Origin: Setoptus koraiensis
Lineage: Eukaryota > Animalia > Arthropoda
Direction of reading: 5' to 3'
Assembly (NCBI GenBank): GCA_048013815.1
Contig: CM106585.1
Coordinates: 6,014,001 to 6,078,000, forward strand
Length of the DNA: 64,000 nt
Positions 58,322 to 64,000 of this stretch are shown here, in pieces. Made by a program: the position numbers and the translations under genes. Numbering within the stretch: the stretch's first letter is position 1; every line of letters begins with the position of its first letter. The notes beneath the pieces were generated by a model, which worked only from the letters and a program-made list of their open reading frames with translations, was not told where the DNA came from and did no database searches.

Positions 58322-60016
58322 ATGACAAGGCCGGACTTTCTGAGGCCGCCCCGACGACGACGCCGAAAATGGTGGCCGACAGCGGCGCTTTTATTGATAT
58401 CGATGCTGACGCTGGGCGCCCGGTGCCTCGGCGCCGACCAGCAGCACTCCAGCAGCGAGGCCACCCGTTCCACTAGCAGCAACAACAACAAATTATTAGC
58501 CAATCTCTCCACTGTGATATCATCGTCATCATCATCATCATCATCATCAACTAACCGACTGACCGCAGACATGCTGCTGGCCTCTCAATCGCCCGTGATC
58601 CAAAACCAAATGCATAGTTCCTCTCAGCAAACGGCCAACGGCAGCTCGCACAACAACAACGCCGGGCCCACACCGGCCACCGCCACCCTGTTAACCAGCA
58701 ACAACAACAACAACAACATTGTTATCAACAACAACATCAAGCCAATTGTGGCCTCATTCGCCACCCCCAACCAGACCATAAACTTCACGCATGTCACCTA
58801 CGACCGGGACACGGGCTCGCTGTACCTGGGCGCCTCAAACGTGCTTTACCAGCTCGATGCCAATCTCAGGCTCGAGCATCAGGTTATCACGGGACCCGTG
58901 TGGGACAGTCCGTCGTGCAGCATCATCGATTGCAAGGGCTACGAGGACAGCATGAAGCTAACAACAAACGTCAACAAAGTTCTAGTCATTGATCACGCTC
59001 ACCAATCACTCCTGGCTTGCGGCTCCACACGACAGGGCGCTTGCCGGCGCCACCATTTGCACAACATTACGCAAAAAGAGGATCTCATACCCATGGCCGT
59101 GGCAGCAAACGACGACAATGCCTCCACGGTGGCCTTCATCGGGCCAGCTCGTTACAGTGACAATCAAGCCCCACAACAAGTGCTATATGTTGCCGTCACC
59201 AATTCTAGGCCGCCGCGTGATCTCGTGCCCGCCATTGGTACACGATCTCTAGAAACCGGACCAAATTTATTGAAATTATATGAGAATTCATTTGCTGACG
59301 CGCGAATAGATATTGATTCGCCATTGAGAGATTATTTTCTAGTTAACTATATCTATGGCTTTGCGACAACAAACTACATTTATTTTGCCACAGTTCAAAA
59401 GCGGGCAGTGGAGAGAAAATTCGAAGAAATGGGCTATCATACACGATTGGCCAGAGTTTGTGTCTCTGATGCCTCATACAATTCATACACCGAAGTTGAT
59501 CTCAAATGCGCCACAAACTCAACACTCACTGGCAGGCCATCCATTGAGTATCCATTGCTGCAAGACGCCATTGTTGTTGATGCCGGCCATCACATGTTGT
59601 CATCAATGATAAAAGATGCATCGTTTGATTCTACCAACGAACGCGTCTTAATTGGTCTGTTCTCAACAAACAGAGACCATACAGCACAAGCTGGTGATAA
59701 TTCTGCAATTTGCATTTTTCCATTATCATACATAGAAAATAAATTCACCGATAACATTCACAATTGTTATACTGGCAAGACTGAATCAAGAAATATGGGA
59801 TATATTGCTGGCAATGTTGCCGAATGTCCAAAATCAGCGGGCAATGTAGTCAACTTTTGTTCTGAAACTCTCAAGATCAATGGCTCAGTTCCAATAATAC
59901 AGTCACCAGCAATCAGCTATGTCAACACCACTTTAACCTCTATCACAGCAACAACAATCAACCAAAATCAGCACACAGTTGCTTTCATAGGAACCTCTAA
60001 CGGGCACCTAAAGAAG
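58322..60016 (+). CDS. PlexB: Plexin-B, first coding exon (signal peptide, Asn/Ser linker, Sema domain); gene continues beyond the window
   Basis: Sema-domain motifs LYLGASNVLYQL, NVNKVLVID, LLACGSTRQGAC, DYFLVNYIYGF, GYHTRLARVC..DASYNSYTEV resemble insect PlexB. Exon ends GHLKK at AAG|GTAAGT (60016/60017). Confidence 0.88.
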
Positions 60017-63000
60017 GTAAGTCAAACAATCTCCATTGTTTTTATACTGTCTTTCTACCATTGTTCATGCGGACGAGATACCTGAAAGGTCGGGGTCCTG
60101 AATTGGCCGTCATTGTCAGAATAGTAACTAGAATCTATAATAACTCTATTGAGCTTATGATTAGTTCTACAAGTATCGCCATGAATTGTTATCGCGCAGT
60201 TTTTTTTTCAAATACGAAAAATAATATGGGTGTCAGTTTACTGACAAATATACAATGATGAACCACCTCACAGAAGAATCAGAGAGCACAACCACTAGGT
60301 AATCCAAAATTGTAGACACAGGCCTCGCATTAACTCGGAGTCGATTCACCCCAGAATCCTCATATCTATGCGTCCACGGTCCTTGGCTGCTGCCCCTCTA
60401 AGCCATTCAGAGATTCACAATAGTTGGTGTCTCAGTCGTTGTGTGTCGCATCCACTGTATACATATCTTGTATGATAGCTTATCACCATAAATATCTTCA
60501 ATGCTCCAACTAATGAGCTGTTGATTAAGAGATCATGTTTGTTGTTGTTTGTAATTCTTTGTCATTTGATGATCATTGATTTATGGTGATGATGACGATG
60601 ACGACGACAGCGGCATAGTCTGTTGTAGTCACATTGACATAGTTCAACTTAGCTAGTTTCTAAGTCACAAAGATCTGAGTGAATAAAAGCGCAAGAGGCT
60701 TGATTACGAACATAAAATAAGTTATTAACTGCTTAACATATCTTGTAATTGTAACTAATGAACAAACATATACTCATATCTTACTCCTGCGACTCTTGAG
60801 TGATGTATCTACATACATAAAATTGCTGTGATCATCATCACCCATATTAAAACTCATTAGTTGCCGCTTCGCTTGATATACAACGAGAGCGCTGAGTCCA
60901 GATTGTTAAGTATCAATTTACGTCACAAAATATGATTTTGATGATGGTGATAGTGGTGATGGTGTTTATGATGAATGGGCTTGACATGAGTAAGTTAGAA
61001 TCAGGAAAAGTTGATGACTGATGCCGTTGGACTCACCAAATACTTGTCATTCTTTCATAAGTTTTTCCATCCTAGCACTCACAGCTGACGCCACATTAGA
61101 GAAAGAGAGAGGAGGAGAGACAGAGAGATGAATGTTAGCAATTAAGAACGAATAGTTACTCTTATTTCTTATTACATAGCTCGCGATTTATTATTACCAC
61201 CAGCCAGCCTGCCAGCCTGCAAGCGAATGATGCGATTGCAACCAGAGCAAGATTAAACTGCAGTCAAGATTAGACACAACCGTTCGAGTGGGGCCTGTGA
61301 AAGAGAGCTGGTCGTCCTGAAGCAATGATACTATCTTGTGTTGTTGCTGTTGTTGTAGATGTTGTTATTGTTTATAATCTATCTGATAATAAGGTTATTT
61401 ATTAGAGAGACAGTCTCACTGTCCCGACACATTATTACTATATACAGATCCATTCAAGCGTTATGCCTCTAACGAATCCTTTCGCTTTCTGCAGGGATCC
61501 AGTCCTTTTATTGCCCACCATTGGTAGTATTAGCAATGATGATTCGTAATGCGATGAAAATTAGATGCGATTCGTGATTCTCGGATTGCATGAGGTTGGC
61601 TTTCGAAGATTGCAATAATATAAACAACGGATAGACTTATTAGTTCACACAATAGCCACCCACTCGCACAATTGGGGCTCATCTGTTTTCTCCAGAATGT
61701 AGTTAGTGTGGGTGGCCTCGATCATGCGCGCTCTATCGGTGCACTTACAGCGGTCTGTGCTCTATGTTGTATCGAATAGAGATCGAATATATAGTCTAAT
61801 TGGCTCATTTACGATGATTAATTAGCTAGTTTCACTCTTAGCCAGTCGAATTCTCATTCACATTTAGATCATGAGCAGATTATGTGAATGATTTAACTCG
61901 AATCAGCTTGATTTTCATTTCAATCGGAACTAGAATTCGACATGGCCGTTGAGCCGTATCATTTATTGTTCTGCAGCCAACGCAAATGAGATATATTCCA
62001 TCATTAGTTTGAACCTTTTTTTCTTGCTTTCAGTACAGTCTGATTGATTTGCAACCTCCCTACCATCACTATCATTAGTTGAGAATCAAATTAGGTTAAT
62101 CGCTGTGTAGAAGCGAATTGTATTTATTTAATTTCTACATTTGTATTTCGAGGTTTGGCAACAGCCATTGGCTGTAATCAATTCGTATTGCAATGCTGCA
62201 ATCACTGCCTGCTTAATTTTGATTGCAATTGAATGTAAAACTGCTGTTGACAATTTTATTCGCGCAGCCAAATAAAATGCCCAACTACTAAGCTGAATAT
62301 TAATTAAGTGTCTTGATTGGCGAGATTATAACGAATAGACATTATGCTAGTTCACATAAAATGCCGGCTTCTATGTCGGCTCTGTTGCTGCCTATGTGAG
62401 AGAGAGAGAGAGAGAGAGAACCTTGCCTCTACTATTGCCGACATAGATATATCAACATTGGCATCATCATTTAATGTGATTTTGATACTAGATATTATGG
62501 CCAGAAGCAATTAGATAGTATTTCCACAGGAGGAGACAGAAATCAATAGAAGCGGTTATTAAACTGATTAGCATACGCAAATTCGTTTGTGTGTAGCACC
62601 AAGCAATTATTGCCAGCGCACCTTGAACAATCCGGACAATAAACGGACTATGCAAAGTATAACTGAACGCTGATCTTCCGCATCGATCCGCTATCTTGTC
62701 TGCGAGAATTCTTGTTGAGAGTTCTCAACCAGATCCCAGTTGCACCTAGGCCCTTTGGCAGAGCTTGCAACGTTGAATGACCCCACAGTAGACAGCCTAC
62801 TTAATTTGTGATCGCTTACTGCTATTTCTTGCCAATCAGACTGTCGCTCCAATATCTATCTATTCACTTTATATTTGTGCAGTTGAATCTAGTTAGTTGT
62901 ATCGTCAAAATGTCGAGATATTTTGCATGTAAAACAATTTACAATTAATTAACTAGTGTGTTAATTGCAAATAGAATATCTTGCATATCGACGATACTTG

Positions 63001-64000
63001 TTGTTTTTGTACAAGATGCGGCCACCATCGTATCATTAGTTGGCCCACCACAGCACACATAAAATTGATGATTATCCTAATGATGATATTCGATACTAAC
63101 ACACATGATGTCTCGTCTAGTGGATCCGACAAATACCGACGCTGATCAATATCGCGAGTCCTATGACTGACTAGTCGCTGGCTGCTAGTGCCAGTTTGTT
63201 TCGTATCAGTTGGCTGGCCTAGCAGCAATGTTCGATGATGATTAAGATCATCATTAGCTGTATGTACATTTGATTTTTGTCCAATCACACTAACACAACA
63301 GATAAACATCTTATTGCAGTTGGCATAGAAGCAAAATTTTCTGCTTCTTGTCTTGTCCGCAATCATACGTTGGCCTCTCAATGAAAAGAATGTCCAGCTT
63401 GCAAAATTTGACAAAACTGCATTCAGCAGTAAACTTTCAAAGTTCAACTAAACTCACACATAGTTTGAATATAAATATTGACACTAACTAAACTATGTAA
63501 GCTGTCAATGTTGTGTGTCGGCGTACGAATATCGAACATTATGCAATCATATATTCGAAGCCGAATGTGTGTGTATGTTGTGGTGTGTTGTTGGCTGGAG
63601 AACTGGCAAAAGATAGACTAGTTGGTAGGCAAGCAACAATAACTTTGAATTAATGGCTGCCACCATCACCATCACTCGCCAAATGAATGTTTAAATATTC
63701 AAATGCGAATCACGCACTTACTTTTTGAACCTGCTGCATCACCTAACCACCTTGCGCCTCTGGGGGATATAAATCAAATTTGGAGTGCGCAAATTACAGC
63801 CACTACCGTGATGTTGTTGCCGATGTGCACATAGCAAAAAGCAAGCTGCTGCTGTTGTTGCTGTTGGAACTGTGTAGCTGCACTGTATTGTATGCCAACG
63901 GTGCATGTAGGACTGTATAATGACGACGCCTTGCACCAACCAACCAACCAACCTTTGGCCCCGCTGCGAGCAAACAAATTGAAATCGGGGTTGGGGCTCC
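60017..64000 (+). other. Plexin-B intron (runs out of the window)
   Basis: Starts with GTAAGT; AT-rich, with microsatellites and no credible downstream plexin exon. Confidence 0.7.

Overview
Eukaryotic (arthropod, by inference probably an acariform mite) genomic DNA; no prokaryotic, phage or CRISPR features and no transposase/RT ORF. A compact AT-rich, intronless block at 13.1-21.9 kb holds PLK4/SAK, an L7Ae-fold (RPP38-like) protein, a signal-peptide-bearing guanylate-binding protein, an ACSF2-like acyl-CoA ligase and tRNA-Ser(GCT). A three-exon Gly/Ser/Tyr-rich secreted structural protein lies at 35.0-37.6 kb (-); the ORF track splits it into two ORFs. NDUFA5 (-, apparently frameshifted at codon 10) and the large first coding exon of Plexin-B (+) lie at 56.5-60.0 kb. 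The rest (1-13, 22-35, 38-54 kb) is GC/CpG-rich non-coding DNA full of short tandem duplications, palindromes and TF-like motifs; most long ORFs there are repeat-driven artefacts. The main unexplained structure is a set of five inverted, colinear blocks copied from the Plexin-B exon (43-113 nt, about 77-95% identical, the last ending just past the 5' splice site). They lie upstream of the gene on both sides of NDUFA5 and could fold back in a nested way onto the plexin coding exon. A 97%-identical 600-bp non-coding module is also duplicated at 5.2 and 10.7 kb. All alignments and counts were done by eye and need computational confirmation.
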